This document shows positions 11,541-21,073 of a stretch of DNA of 64,000 nt, piece by piece. The stretch is taken from assembly GCA_031553195.1 (NCBI GenBank), contig JAVBLV010000001.1, positions 58,138 to 122,137 on the forward strand, given 5' to 3'. The translations under genes were made by a program, and so were the position numbers. Source of the stretch: Bacteroidales bacterium (GTDB lineage: Bacteria > Bacteroidota > Bacteroidia > Bacteroidales > P3). Within the stretch, counting starts at the first letter, position 1; every line of letters begins with the position of its first letter. The notes beneath the pieces were generated by a model that saw only the letters and a list, made by a program, of their open reading frames with translations, was not told where the DNA came from and ran no database searches.

Positions 11541-12464
11541 TTATAGTCTCGGATACCTTTTTCTGGAATCATAGTACTTAAATGTATCTTGGCGACAATT
11601 ATCCTTAGGAACTAAAAAACCCATCGAGAAAGTAAGCGTTACTCCGAAAAATGCATACCAATCGTCTAAGGCGGCATTGCCTCTATCGCTCCCCGGAACA
11701 TTATAAATACCTTCGTATCCGGGTAATTCATTTGTCCGGTCGCTCAAAATTACCGACATTTGTCCGTTCGTTCCTGATAGCACATTTGGTTCGACATACG
11801 TCTTACTTACATCGTCTATGTAATCAGTAAACGTTTTCCGAATTCCATATTCGACTCCTAAAGAAATATTTTTTGCAATACTGAATTTAAATCCGATCCC
11901 CATCGGAATAGAAAGTTGTACCAATGAATACGGTTTCCGGTCTTGATATTGGGCAGATCCTTGTCCTTCAGTGCCTAATTTATTCAGGTCATACCAAACG
12001 CCGTCATAGTACGCTTTAGGATTAAAAGAGAAAAAACCAACGCCTGCAAAAAGATAAGGAGCCCAACGATCTCTCACATCTCCGGTGTAATAGGGTAGAA
12101 AATTGAATTCCATTTGAATGCTCCCTTCAAAAATATAAGACTTGAAACTTAGGTTTCGCATTTCTATTATATCCGGATTCCCTCCTTTGAGCCAACCATA
12201 TAAAGCGTCTGCCTTAATCACCCAGCGACTGTTTATGGTGTATCTGTATATAAGCCCGCCGGCAGGAGAAACGGTTCCCAATGGGCTTAAATTATTTAAA
12301 TCCCCCATGTAGTTTGAGCCTCCCAAAAATAATCCTATTTCGGAACGAGCCAAAAATTGGGCTTTTGATTGATAAATATTACAAAGCAATAAGAGCAGTA
12401 ATACAAAAGGAAACGTCTTATTAAAGCCTACTCTTTTCATATAGATTTTTTTAAATATTTTCAT
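11541..12464 (-). CDS. Outer-membrane beta-barrel protein of unknown function, of the kind found next to uppS in Bacteroidota
   Basis: 307 aa. Signal peptide ending in AQ. Alternating aromatic/Gly beta-strand pattern. Confidence 0.5.
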   Translation of the reverse strand: MKIFKKIYMKRVGFNKTFPFVLLLLLLCNIYQSKAQFLARSEIGLFLGGSNYMGDLNNLSPLGTVSPAGGLIYRYTINSRWVIKADALYGWLKGGNPDIIEMRNLSFKSYIFEGSIQMEFNFLPYYTGDVRDRWAPYLFAGVGFFSFNPKAYYDGVWYDLNKLGTEGQGSAQYQDRKPYSLVQLSIPMGIGFKFSIAKNISLGVEYGIRKTFTDYIDDVSKTYVEPNVLSGTNGQMSVILSDRTNELPGYEGIYNVPGSDRGNAALDDWYAFFGVTLTFSMGFLVPKDNCRQDTFKYYDSRKRYPRL

Positions 12465-12634
12465 CAGGGGCTGCTATTGGGAGTGTTGAAAAAATACATG
12501 AATCTCAATCGCTTAATATTTTTTGATAATATTTCTTCCAGACATATATTCACTACAAAATCGTACAAAGTTATTATTTTTTTCTGTAAAATCCCCATAT
12601 AGTTTATGGAAGGATTTCTTTCCATAGCAATCAT

Positions 12635-12688
12635 AAAAAAATACATCCTCTGTTTATTGAAAATAAAAATACGTAATAAACAGAGGAT
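12635..12688 (-). terminator. Rho-independent terminator of exbB-exbD-tonB
   Basis: Perfect 14-bp stem (12645..12658 / 12675..12688) with a 16-nt loop. Followed on the minus strand by GTATTTTTTT, 29 nt after the tonB stop. Confidence 0.7.
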
Positions 12689-12716
12689 TATGGGATTTTT
12701 GAATAATGGAATCCTT

Positions 12717-13517
12717 CTAATTTGTACGAATAAATTTATATGTAATAGTTCCTATTTGTATATCGGCGGCATCATTATCGGGGCTAAATTTAGATTGTTT
12801 TGCCGCTTCTTCCGCCATTTTCCATAATGAACGGTCTACAATAGTAGTACCTCTTTCTCCTGCTTCGGACCGCGTAACGATACCATCCTTGTTTACCCAA
12901 ATTTTGACGACTACATTTCCCTGTTCGTTAGAAGTATACTGGGGTTTTGGTAAACTTTTTGCGCTTCTTCCGGAGAGGCTGAACGAAATACCTCCTTTCC
13001 CGGGAATGCCGCTATATGAATTTGAATTAGGATCTCCGCCGGGTTTTCCCTGGTCGCCTGATCCGGATGTAATTCCTTGGCCTGTTCCTTGTCCTCCTCC
13101 GGTTTCGCTACCCGTTCTTCGGTTTGGAAATAAAGCGTTGGTATTGACCTGAGGTTGCTCAGGCTGATCGGGTTTGTTTTGCTGCTGATTAGTAGGCTTT
13201 TGCTGTGTGTTGCTTTTCCCTGAATTTAGAGAAATTGTTTCCTCCCTTGTTTGCGTGGAATAGTCGGCGGTGGAGGTATGTGCAGGAGAAACGCTTGAGG
13301 CCGGACTTTCTTGTCCGAGAGGCGCCGCCGTTGTTGTCCCCAAACCTGTTTCGCTATTACCCACATTGACTTCCACTCCTTGTTCTTCAGGCAAAGGAAG
13401 CGGAACGCTTAACCCGAAGAGAAAACATAGCCCAAGGAGAACAATATGAAAAACGAGCGTCCCTATGGCTGCAAACAAAGAAGACTTGTTTTTATCGTTT
13501 TTTTCTGATGACCTCAT
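12717..13517 (-). CDS. tonB: Energy transducer TonB
   Basis: 266 aa. N-terminal TM helix, P/Q/G/S-rich linker, C-terminal GNVVVKIWVNKDGIV-type domain. 4-nt overlap with exbD. Confidence 0.65.
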   Translation of the reverse strand: MRSSEKNDKNKSSLFAAIGTLVFHIVLLGLCFLFGLSVPLPLPEEQGVEVNVGNSETGLGTTTAAPLGQESPASSVSPAHTSTADYSTQTREETISLNSGKSNTQQKPTNQQQNKPDQPEQPQVNTNALFPNRRTGSETGGGQGTGQGITSGSGDQGKPGGDPNSNSYSGIPGKGGISFSLSGRSAKSLPKPQYTSNEQGNVVVKIWVNKDGIVTRSEAGERGTTIVDRSLWKMAEEAAKQSKFSPDNDAADIQIGTITYKFIRTN

Positions 13518-13930
13518 TTTGTTTCTTTAGGTGATGTTGCCAAAATTACTTTATGCGTTACATTATTTTTTTCATTAATTGCATTTACTGCATCTATGAC
13601 GTTTACAACATATTGGACAGGAACCGATTTATCGGCTCTAAGCACGACGCTTGCATCTGGGATATTTCCTATTTCCTTCTCAATCATGGGTTGTAAGGTT
13701 TCCAGACTGGCCGGAGTCTCCCCGACAAAAAAAGTAAAATCATCGTTGATGTATACCGTTACATTTTGTTTCGCCATTGTTTTACTTGTACTTTGGGGAA
13801 GCAATAACTTAACGGCGTTAGGGCTGATTAAAGTAGATGTGATCATAAAGAAAATCAATAGAAGAAACACCAGATCAGACATGGTGGCCGAACTAAATTC
13901 CGAAGATATCCGGTTTTGACTTTTTATCAT
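13514..13930 (-). CDS. exbD: Biopolymer transport protein ExbD/TolR
   Basis: 138 aa. SDLVFLLLIFFMITS TM segment typical of ExbD. Confidence 0.75.
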   Translation of the reverse strand: MIKSQNRISSEFSSATMSDLVFLLLIFFMITSTLISPNAVKLLLPQSTSKTMAKQNVTVYINDDFTFFVGETPASLETLQPMIEKEIGNIPDASVVLRADKSVPVQYVVNVIDAVNAINEKNNVTHKVILATSPKETK

Positions 13931-14061
13931 GATTATTTATATATTAAATTAAAAGGGGCCTAATCCAAATACGGATTTTGATAGCCCTTATTGTAAAACA
14001 ATCTGTCTATAACTCTCTCAATTATATAATGTAAGTATTTGATTGAGATTAAAAAAACAGA

Positions 14062-14790
14062 TTATTTAGCGGGTTCGTGAAGCAAATCCATAAATTCTGC
14101 CGCCCGTGCTTCTAAAATGAAAACGACCTTGTTAATTCTCGCAACCAATAAATTGTACATTAAATAAGCCATAATTCCCACAATTAAACCGCCGACGGTT
14201 GTAATCATGGCCTCATAGATACCGCTTGAGAGTAATTGGATATCAATATTATTTCCTGCTTTTGCCATATCGAAAAATGCGCGCACCATACCTGTTACGG
14301 TTCCTAAAAAACCTAGCATGGGACCCACGCCGGCAACTACGGCGACCATAGAAACGCCCCTTTCTAACCGGGAAACTTCAAGCTTGCCAACATTTTCTAT
14401 AGCGGCATTAATATCAGGCAACGGACGCCCTAATCGAAATAAACCTTTTTCAATCATACGGGCAATAGGCGTTTGGGCGCTTTTTGCCAACGATTTTGCG
14501 CCGTCAATATTTCCGCTATGGATAAACTCCCGGATACTATTCATAAATCCGGAATCCTCTTTTAATGATTTATTGATTGCCAGGTAGCGTTCAATAAAGA
14601 TATAAACAGTTAAAATAGAAAGGATTAATAATACAATCATAATCCATCCGCCTTTTATGGCTAAGTCCATAACAGACAACTCGTCTACCCCTGTTTGCGC
14701 GGCAGTTTGTACGGCATTAGAGCCTACTTCATTAATTTGCAATAAAATACTCATATTATTCAATTCTTTTTTGCGGTGTAAAAGTAACAC
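14062..14790 (-). CDS. exbB: MotA/TolQ/ExbB proton channel protein. The true start is probably the internal Met at ~14754.
   Basis: 242 aa. Three TM helices. The GFLGTVTGMVRAF motif is typical of ExbB/TolQ. Confidence 0.8.
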   Translation of the reverse strand: MLLLHRKKELNNMSILLQINEVGSNAVQTAAQTGVDELSVMDLAIKGGWIMIVLLILSILTVYIFIERYLAINKSLKEDSGFMNSIREFIHSGNIDGAKSLAKSAQTPIARMIEKGLFRLGRPLPDINAAIENVGKLEVSRLERGVSMVAVVAGVGPMLGFLGTVTGMVRAFFDMAKAGNNIDIQLLSSGIYEAMITTVGGLIVGIMAYLMYNLLVARINKVVFILEARAAEFMDLLHEPAK

Positions 14791-14884
14791 AAACTTTTAG
14801 GAAGTTATTGTGTTGATCCAATAAAATATCAACATATCATTGTTAATTACCAAAAATGATCCAGACTGGTTTTATCAAAATCAG

Positions 14885-14892
14885 TACCTTTG
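14885..14892 (+). promoter_or_regulatory. Bacteroidota -7 box TACCTTTG (consensus TAnnTTTG) upstream of the radical SAM gene
   Basis: Exact match to TAnnTTTG, 87 nt before the ATG at 14979. Confidence 0.4.
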
Positions 14893-14978
14893 TATCCCAT
14901 AGTATTAGCTCTATTTTTCTTATAAAATCTAATGGGGGAAACGCAACTAAAACCATATTTGGCAGAATACTCTAATAA

Positions 14979-16028
14979 ATGAAACGCTACACCATTCCGA
15001 TTTTTATCCCTGAACTGGCATGCCCTTTTCGATGTATTTATTGTAATCAACATGTTATTTCGGGGAAAATATCCATTCCTACAAATAAACAAATTAAAGA
15101 CACAATCGCCTCCCGCCTGTTAACATTCAAAAGAGACGCTTATATAGAATTAGGATTTTTTGGGGGAAACTTTACAGGGATTCCCTATGAAATGCAGGAG
15201 GAATTGCTATCATTGGTTCAACCGTATATCCATGAGAAAAAAATCAATTCTATTCGCATTTCTACCCGGCCGGATTATATTTCGCCCATCGTTTTGGCGA
15301 TACTTAAAAAATATCATGTCGAAACAATTGAACTAGGCGTGCAGTCTATGGATGATGAAGTTCTTTCTTTAAGCAGGAGGGGATATGATTCCGAAACGGT
15401 TGTGAAAGCCGCGGGAATGATTCGGGAGGAGGGTTTTAATCTAGGAATGCAAATGATGATAGGCTTGCCCGGCGATTCGAAAGAAAAGTCGCGAGAGACG
15501 GCAGAGGCAATTGTAAAACTTGGCGCCGTATGCACGAGGATCTACCCTACGCTTGTTGTTAAAGATACGGAGCTTTCTAAAATGTATCAAACGGGGAATT
15601 ATCAGGCGCTTTCTATGGCGCAAGCTATTGATTGGACGAAAGAACCTTTGCGGATTTTTGAAGAAAATGGAATTACCGTGCTTAGAGTGGGTTTGCATCC
15701 TACGGAAGGATTTATCTCAGGAAGCGATTTTTTGGAAGGCCCTTTCCATGTCTCTTTTAAAGAACTTGTACTGACGGAAATTTGGAAAGATCGTTTGTGG
15801 GAAGCGTGCGCTAAGGAAAAAGATATTCGAAAAAATCTTCTCATTTCTATTTCAAAAAAAGATATGAATTATGCAGTTGGTTATCAGTCTAAGAATAAAA
15901 TTTTTTTTAGTCGGCATTTTGAGAAAGTTCATTTTTATGGTCATCCCGATATAAAGAGTCCCGGATTTGAAATCAAGACAGAATTTGATGAAAATAATAG
16001 CGTTTTAGGAAAAGATGAAATTCAATAA
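14979..16028 (+). CDS. Radical SAM protein (ELP3-like core without an acetyltransferase domain)
   Basis: 349 aa. CPFRCIYCNQ (CxxxCxxC) at residues 15-24. Confidence 0.7.
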   Translation: MKRYTIPIFIPELACPFRCIYCNQHVISGKISIPTNKQIKDTIASRLLTFKRDAYIELGFFGGNFTGIPYEMQEELLSLVQPYIHEKKINSIRISTRPDYISPIVLAILKKYHVETIELGVQSMDDEVLSLSRRGYDSETVVKAAGMIREEGFNLGMQMMIGLPGDSKEKSRETAEAIVKLGAVCTRIYPTLVVKDTELSKMYQTGNYQALSMAQAIDWTKEPLRIFEENGITVLRVGLHPTEGFISGSDFLEGPFHVSFKELVLTEIWKDRLWEACAKEKDIRKNLLISISKKDMNYAVGYQSKNKIFFSRHFEKVHFYGHPDIKSPGFEIKTEFDENNSVLGKDEIQ

Positions 16029-16093
16029 TAAAGATTCGATGGATGGACTTGGCCAATCATCGATAAAAATTTGTATTATTCAAAATTGATTCA

Positions 16094-16101
16094 TATCTTT
16101 G
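16094..16101 (+). promoter_or_regulatory. -7 box TATCTTTG upstream of the SPFH gene
   Basis: Matches TAnnTTTG, 45 nt before the ATG at 16146. Confidence 0.45.
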
Positions 16102-16145
16102 TGATATCGTTTTAATATCATTTTAAACTTAAAAAAACAATTGGT

Positions 16146-17063
16146 ATGGAAAAAATTATTAAACTTTCTCAAAATGGCTACCCTCATCTATTTCTGGCAT
16201 TATTGATGTTGTTGTCGCCTCTTTTGGCGTTTTTATGCGTATTGCCGATTTTAATTGCAATTACATGTTTGCTTTGTTTGCTTTCGTTTTTCTGGTTCTC
16301 AGGATTAATGATTATTAATCCCAATCAGTCAAGAGTATTGACATTATTCGGAAAATATAAAGGAACTGTAAAAGAAAACGGTTTTTTTTGGGTAAACCCC
16401 TTTTATGTCAAGCGAAAAATATCCCTGCGAGTACATAATTTAGAATCAGATTTTATAAAAGTCAATGATTTATTGGGAAACCCGATTGTTATCAGCGCTA
16501 TTGTCGTTTGGAGAATTGTTGATACCTATAAAGCCGCTTTTGTTATCGAAAGTTCGGAAGAGACGAGTCTGAAAACAGGGCAAAAAACGCATACCTACGC
16601 CAATAGTTCTTTCGAAAGTTTCGTAAAAATACAAGTAGAAGCTGCTTTGCGTAGTCTCGCGCATTCTTATCCTTATGATGATTTTGATGAAAACAAAGAT
16701 ACCATTTGCTTACGTTCCGGCGTGGACGAAATCAATAAGGCTTTGGAAAAAGAAATCAGCGAGAGATTAGTAATTGCAGGCATTGAAATTCAAGAAGCCC
16801 GTATTTCCAATTTATCTTATGCCCCCGAAATTGCAAGTTCTATGCTTCAGCGGCAACAGGCGCAAGCTGTAATTGCCGCCCGAACTAAAATTGTGGAAGG
16901 CGCCGTTAGCATGGTAGAAATGGCTTTGGAGAAATTATCCAAAGAGAATATTATTCAACTTGACGAAGAAAGGAAAGCGGCAATGGTTAGTAATTTATTA
17001 ATTGTTCTTTGCTCGGACCACTCTGCAAAACCGGTAATTAATACAGGTACTTTATACCAATAA
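16146..17063 (+). CDS. SPFH/band-7 domain membrane protein
   Basis: 305 aa. N-terminal TM helices, then stomatin/prohibitin-like core and an A/Q-rich helix (QRQQAQAVIAARTKIVEGA). Confidence 0.7.
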   Translation: MEKIIKLSQNGYPHLFLALLMLLSPLLAFLCVLPILIAITCLLCLLSFFWFSGLMIINPNQSRVLTLFGKYKGTVKENGFFWVNPFYVKRKISLRVHNLESDFIKVNDLLGNPIVISAIVVWRIVDTYKAAFVIESSEETSLKTGQKTHTYANSSFESFVKIQVEAALRSLAHSYPYDDFDENKDTICLRSGVDEINKALEKEISERLVIAGIEIQEARISNLSYAPEIASSMLQRQQAQAVIAARTKIVEGAVSMVEMALEKLSKENIIQLDEERKAAMVSNLLIVLCSDHSAKPVINTGTLYQ

Positions 17064-17077
17064 AAGCGATAGCATCT

Positions 17078-17254
17078 ATGGATAATAAAAAGGCGTTTCC
17101 ACTCCGTTTGAATAAAAAAATGTATGATGCCATCGAAAAATGGGCTTCTGATGAATTCAGGAGCGTTAATGGGCAGATTGAGTGGATATTAAATGAGGCT
17201 TTGAAAAAAAGGGGCGGTCAAAAAATAAAAAACCAAACTCCAAACATTATATGA
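17078..17254 (+). CDS. Small Arc/MetJ-type ribbon-helix-helix protein (58 aa, below the ORF-track cutoff)
   Basis: Hand translation: MDNKKAFPLRLNKKMYDAIEKWASDEFRSVNGQIEWILNEALKKRGGQKIKNQTPNII. The FPLRL..Y..I...A....RS.N..I pattern is RHH-like. Starts 14 nt after the SPFH stop. Confidence 0.45.
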   Translation: MDNKKAFPLRLNKKMYDAIEKWASDEFRSVNGQIEWILNEALKKRGGQKIKNQTPNII

Positions 17255-17530
17255 TAACTAATTGAAACGAGTTGTATGAGGCTTAAGTTGACGACATTGA
17301 ACTCCAGGGTAGGTACTAGTTCAGTACTTGTCTGAAAATCGAACAGGTAACAGGGCTTCTTTTGAACGGATTGTATGAAGGTTGATAATTGATATAATCG
17401 AAGTTGTGCGGGTCTTTGATACATTTGTGATAGATTCTTTGGCGCAAATTTACTGATACGCATAAGCTTGTAGCGCGAAATGGACACAGAATTTTATAGG
17501 CTTGCAAGGCAAAAAATGGGCGCTTTGGCT

Positions 17531-17663
17531 AGGGCAAACGCATCAAAAATGCAAATATCTGATTTTGGAATATTTGAAAAATAGTATTTTCCTATTTGAA
17601 TTTGCAGATATATATGATTATCAATAATTTAACTTATTAAAATAATTTTGATGCGTTTGCCCT
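17531..17663. repeat. 18-bp perfect inverted repeat (AGGGCAAACGCATCAAAA / TTTTGATGCGTTTGCCCT) bracketing a 97-bp AT-rich segment
   Basis: Arms read directly at 17531..17548 and 17646..17663. The spacer also holds a 14-nt near-direct repeat, TGCAAATATCTGAT / TGCAGATATATGAT. Confidence 0.8.
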
Positions 17664-17805
17664 GAGCAGGATTTAGGGTTTTTAGAGATTCCCTTTATTC
17701 AAATAATTCCCAAAACGAACGTAAAACCAATTCCAATAAACATTCTGCCATCTCTGCAAATATACGAGATCTGTTCAAACTCGCTTTGCCTTCAAGTAAA
17801 TTTTG

Positions 17806-17813
17806 TACTTTTG
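17806..17813 (+). promoter_or_regulatory. -7 box TACTTTTG upstream of purQ
   Basis: Matches TAnnTTTG, 24 nt before the ATG at 17837. A TTTG lies ~18 nt upstream at 17785..17788. Confidence 0.45.
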
Positions 17814-17836
17814 CATAAAGATTAAAGATTTATCTC

Positions 17837-18529
17837 ATGAAATTTGGAGTAGTTACATTCCCAGGGTCAAATTGCGACCAAGATATGATATATGCGTTAA
17901 GAAATATATTTAATCAAGAAGTTGTAGAACTCTGGCATAAAGATATTGATCTGAAAGAAAGCGACTTTATCATTTTACCCGGCGGATTCTCTTACGGTGA
18001 TTATTTGCGTTCAGGAGCCATTGCCCGTTTTTCGCCTATTATGAGTTCTATCATTCCTTTTGCGCAAAAAGGAGGATACGTATTAGGCATTTGTAATGGA
18101 TTTCAGATTTTATGCGAATCGGGACTTTTGGAAGGAACCACTTTGTTACATAATACCAATAGGCAATTTATTTGTAAAAATACTTTTATCTTACCACAAA
18201 CTCAAAAGACCATTTTCACAACTAAAGCCTCAGGGAAAAAACCATTAAAAATACCGATTGCCCATGGAGAAGGTCGTTTTTTTGCCAGCCAGGATACGTT
18301 GAAGAAACTGAACGACAACAATCAAATCCTTTTTAGGTACTGCGACATAAATGGCAATATTACAGTTGATGCAAATCCTAATGGTTCCGAAGAGAATATT
18401 GCCGGAATTACCAATAAAAAATATAATGTTTTCGGTATGATGCCGCATCCTGAAAGGGCATGCGACAAAGAATTAGGAAATACGGACGGCGCCGTTTTGT
18501 TCGAATCAATCCTGAATTCTATAAAATAA
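17837..18529 (+). CDS. purQ: Phosphoribosylformylglycinamidine synthase, glutamine amidotransferase subunit
   Basis: 230 aa. FPGSNCD, GGFSYGDYLR, GICNGFQIL (catalytic Cys), MMPHPER. Confidence 0.9.
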   Translation: MKFGVVTFPGSNCDQDMIYALRNIFNQEVVELWHKDIDLKESDFIILPGGFSYGDYLRSGAIARFSPIMSSIIPFAQKGGYVLGICNGFQILCESGLLEGTTLLHNTNRQFICKNTFILPQTQKTIFTTKASGKKPLKIPIAHGEGRFFASQDTLKKLNDNNQILFRYCDINGNITVDANPNGSEENIAGITNKKYNVFGMMPHPERACDKELGNTDGAVLFESILNSIK

Positions 18530-18540
18530 AAAGATAGTAA

Positions 18541-19140
18541 ATGTCGCTGCAATCCTGTTTTAGCGAAACTCTAATTGAAGCGGGCTGCGACGAAGCCGGA
18601 AGAGGTTGTCTTGCAGGCCCTGTATATGCGGCGGCGGTAATATTACCTAAGGATTATCATAATGAGTTATTAAACGATTCGAAAAAACTTACGGCCAAGC
18701 AACGCGAAAAACTCAAACAGGAAATTGAAAAACAAGCAATTTCTTGGTCTGTAGCAAGCGTAGACCATATAACGATTGATCGGGTCAATATTTTGAATGC
18801 TTCTTTCTTAGCTATCAATAAAGCGATCTCAGGCTTAAAAAACAAACCGGAATTATTACTTATTGATGGCAACCGTTTCAAAAATGAAACAGGCATACAA
18901 TATCAATGTATTATTAAAGGAGACTCTAAATATATGTCTATTGCGGCCGCTTCCATATTGGCAAAAACCTATAGGGATGAATTTATGCTTCAGTTACATG
19001 AAGAATTTCCCCAATATGGATGGAATAGGAATAAATCGTATGCAACAAAAGAACATAGGGAGGCCATTATCAAATTCGGACAAAGTCCATGGCATAGAAA
19101 AAGTTTTAGCGTGGGACTGCAAACAAAGTTAGAATTCTAA
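18541..19140 (+). CDS. rnhB: Ribonuclease HII
   Basis: 199 aa. AGCDEAGRGCLAGPV and DSKKLT motifs. Confidence 0.9.
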   Translation: MSLQSCFSETLIEAGCDEAGRGCLAGPVYAAAVILPKDYHNELLNDSKKLTAKQREKLKQEIEKQAISWSVASVDHITIDRVNILNASFLAINKAISGLKNKPELLLIDGNRFKNETGIQYQCIIKGDSKYMSIAAASILAKTYRDEFMLQLHEEFPQYGWNRNKSYATKEHREAIIKFGQSPWHRKSFSVGLQTKLEF

Positions 19141-19183
19141 ATAATTATTATTAATAATCCTCTGAGAACTGGATCCGCTTTAG

Positions 19184-19340
19184 AGGTTGTTTAAAAATTT
19201 TTCCATGAAGTATTTTGAGTCTAAAAATGCGCTTTTTTGTCGGAATTTTTACCAAATAGCGCTACTATTCTTGAAAAATCCCGCCTGCAAACTCGCTATT
19301 TTTATCTCTCAAATCTTTTCCACAAAAATTTAAACAACCT
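19184..19340 (+). repeat. Copy 1 of the ~155-nt imperfect-palindromic intergenic repeat
   Basis: AGGTTGTTTAAAAATTTTTCCATGAAG ... TTCTTGAAAAATCCCGCCTGCAAA ... AAAAATTTAAACAACCT. The 12-nt termini are exact reverse complements. Lies 44 nt after the rnhB stop. Confidence 0.85.
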
Positions 19341-19537
19341 TTTAAAACCGAGTAAAAACAAAATGTCCTAATAGATTGAATAAATCATTTTACAAAAACT
19401 TATGTTTATGATTCTTTATCACAATGTAAAGGATTCCCAAAGTCGGAATATTATTATACAATTCCGATGAACATATTTCTTGAAAAGTTGTTTAAAATCT
19501 GTCTCTGAAAATTCCATTACAGACTATATTTATCACT

Positions 19538-20089
19538 ATGTTTAAAAATCTAAGGCGTTCCATCGGTTTCTTTTTTCTACAAAAACAACGACCGGCAAAA
19601 AGGCGCAAAAAGTTATATAACTTAAGAGAAGCCAAATCGGTAGGAATGCTCTTTTATTTGACAACCGAACCTGATTGGGAAATCTTACGTCAAGTATATT
19701 TAGAATTAACTAAACAGAAAATAACCGTCAGTTTACTTGGTATTTGCCTGGAAAAACATCTGCCCGATTGGGTATCTAAATTAAGTTTTCCAATACTAAC
19801 AAAAAAAGATTTGAATTTCTGGCTGCTTCCCAAGGCAAAGAGAAATGTTGCAGGATTTTGCGCAACTCCTTTTGATATTTTGATTGATTTTTCTACAAAT
19901 GCAAATATACAGAACCTAGCTATTGTCAACTGGTCAAAGGCATCGCTAAAGGTTGGCAAGCATGATGCCGACAGTTTGCAATATTATGATTTCGTTTTAA
20001 AAGACCCCGACGCGTCATCTTTTCAAGAGCGCGTCAAAAATCTTCTTTATTATTTAACAACAATAAAAACAATGAGTTATGAAAATTAA
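19538..20089 (+). CDS. Conserved hypothetical protein, overlapping the dapA start by 11 nt
   Basis: 183-aa ORF. No motif I can name. Confidence 0.45.
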   Translation: MFKNLRRSIGFFFLQKQRPAKRRKKLYNLREAKSVGMLFYLTTEPDWEILRQVYLELTKQKITVSLLGICLEKHLPDWVSKLSFPILTKKDLNFWLLPKAKRNVAGFCATPFDILIDFSTNANIQNLAIVNWSKASLKVGKHDADSLQYYDFVLKDPDASSFQERVKNLLYYLTTIKTMSYEN

Positions 20090-20972
20090 TTTCACAGGAA
20101 CCGGCGTTGCGGTTATAACTCCTTTTCATAAAAACGGCACTATTGACTTCACTTCATTGGGAAAAATATTAGAACATTTAATTTCCAACGATGTTGACTA
20201 TATCGTTGCAATGGGAACCACAGGCGAAGCAGCCACCCTTAGTCCTATTGAAAAAACAGCCGTGCTCGATTTTATTTTGGAAACTGTTAATAACAGAGTT
20301 CCTGTTGTGCTTGGAATGGGATGCAACAATACATTTGAGATAATTGAAAAGATAAAAAATACTGATTTTGAAGGCATTTCGGCAATTTTGTCTGTTTCGC
20401 CTTATTATAACAAACCGCAACAACAAGGCATTTATCTACATTACAAGAACATCTCGGATGTGTCGCCCGTACCAATTATTATTTATAACGTACCCGGGCG
20501 AACGGCTTCTAATATTACCGCCGAAACAACATTGCGCATAGCCGCCGATATGGACAATGTTATTGGAATAAAAGAAGCTTCGGGAAATATGGTCCAGATT
20601 ATGGAAATTATTCGCCAAAAGCCGAAAGATTTTTTAGTTATTTCGGGAGATGACGCGCTTACCTTACCTATTCTTTCAGTGGGAGGAAACGGAGTTATTT
20701 CTGTCGTTGCCAACGCCTTTCCTCTTGAATTCTCAAAAATGACGCATTATGGCTTGAAAGGAAATCTAAAATCAAGCATGGATATCCATTACAGAATTCT
20801 ACCTATTATAAACGCTTTATTTGAAGATGGAAATCCGAGCGGTATAAAAGCGGCTTTGGAAATCCTGGGATTATGCAGCAATAACGTTCGTTTGCCTCTG
20901 GTAAAAATAAACAAAGCGCTCTATAATAAAATCTCCAATTTAATAACAGATTTTAAACTGCTTAAATTCTAA
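20079..20972 (+). CDS. dapA: 4-hydroxy-tetrahydrodipicolinate synthase
   Basis: 297 aa. GTTGEA, YNKP, IIIYNVPGRT, GIKEASG. Confidence 0.9.
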   Translation: MKINFTGTGVAVITPFHKNGTIDFTSLGKILEHLISNDVDYIVAMGTTGEAATLSPIEKTAVLDFILETVNNRVPVVLGMGCNNTFEIIEKIKNTDFEGISAILSVSPYYNKPQQQGIYLHYKNISDVSPVPIIIYNVPGRTASNITAETTLRIAADMDNVIGIKEASGNMVQIMEIIRQKPKDFLVISGDDALTLPILSVGGNGVISVVANAFPLEFSKMTHYGLKGNLKSSMDIHYRILPIINALFEDGNPSGIKAALEILGLCSNNVRLPLVKINKALYNKISNLITDFKLLKF

Positions 20973-20992
20973 AGAATATAATTGCAAAAAAC

Positions 20993-21028
20993 GCCCGCCA
21001 AAACATTCAATTCTGCGCGGGCTTTTTT
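20993..21028 (+). terminator. Rho-independent terminator of dapA
   Basis: Stem GCCCGC / GCGGGC followed by TTTTTT, 20 nt after the dapA stop. Confidence 0.65.
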
Positions 21029-21073
21029 AGTTCGCCCAGCATGGTTATAAATCTAACGGGTGTGAGTCCCTAA

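Noticed and set aside
12464-12827. 60-aa and 73-aa ORFs in the tonB-downstream spacer
   Set aside because: They overlap the 14-bp terminator hairpin and the tonB 3' end, and have no coding signals.
17255-17836. Purine or ZTP (pfl) riboswitch upstream of purQ
   Set aside because: No purine-aptamer three-way junction sequence is present, and no ZTP signature (for example CCGCCUGGGC). The only strong structure is the 18-bp inverted repeat, reported separately.
19205-19340. A 47-codon ORF (MKYFESKNALFCRNFYQIALLFLKNPACKLAIFISQIFSTKI) inside repeat copy 1, with a similar ORF in copy 2
   Set aside because: One-nucleotide indels between copies (for example AAATAGCGCT versus AAATAAGCGCT) break the frame in copies 3 and 4. 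Conservation therefore follows the nucleotide palindrome, not a protein.
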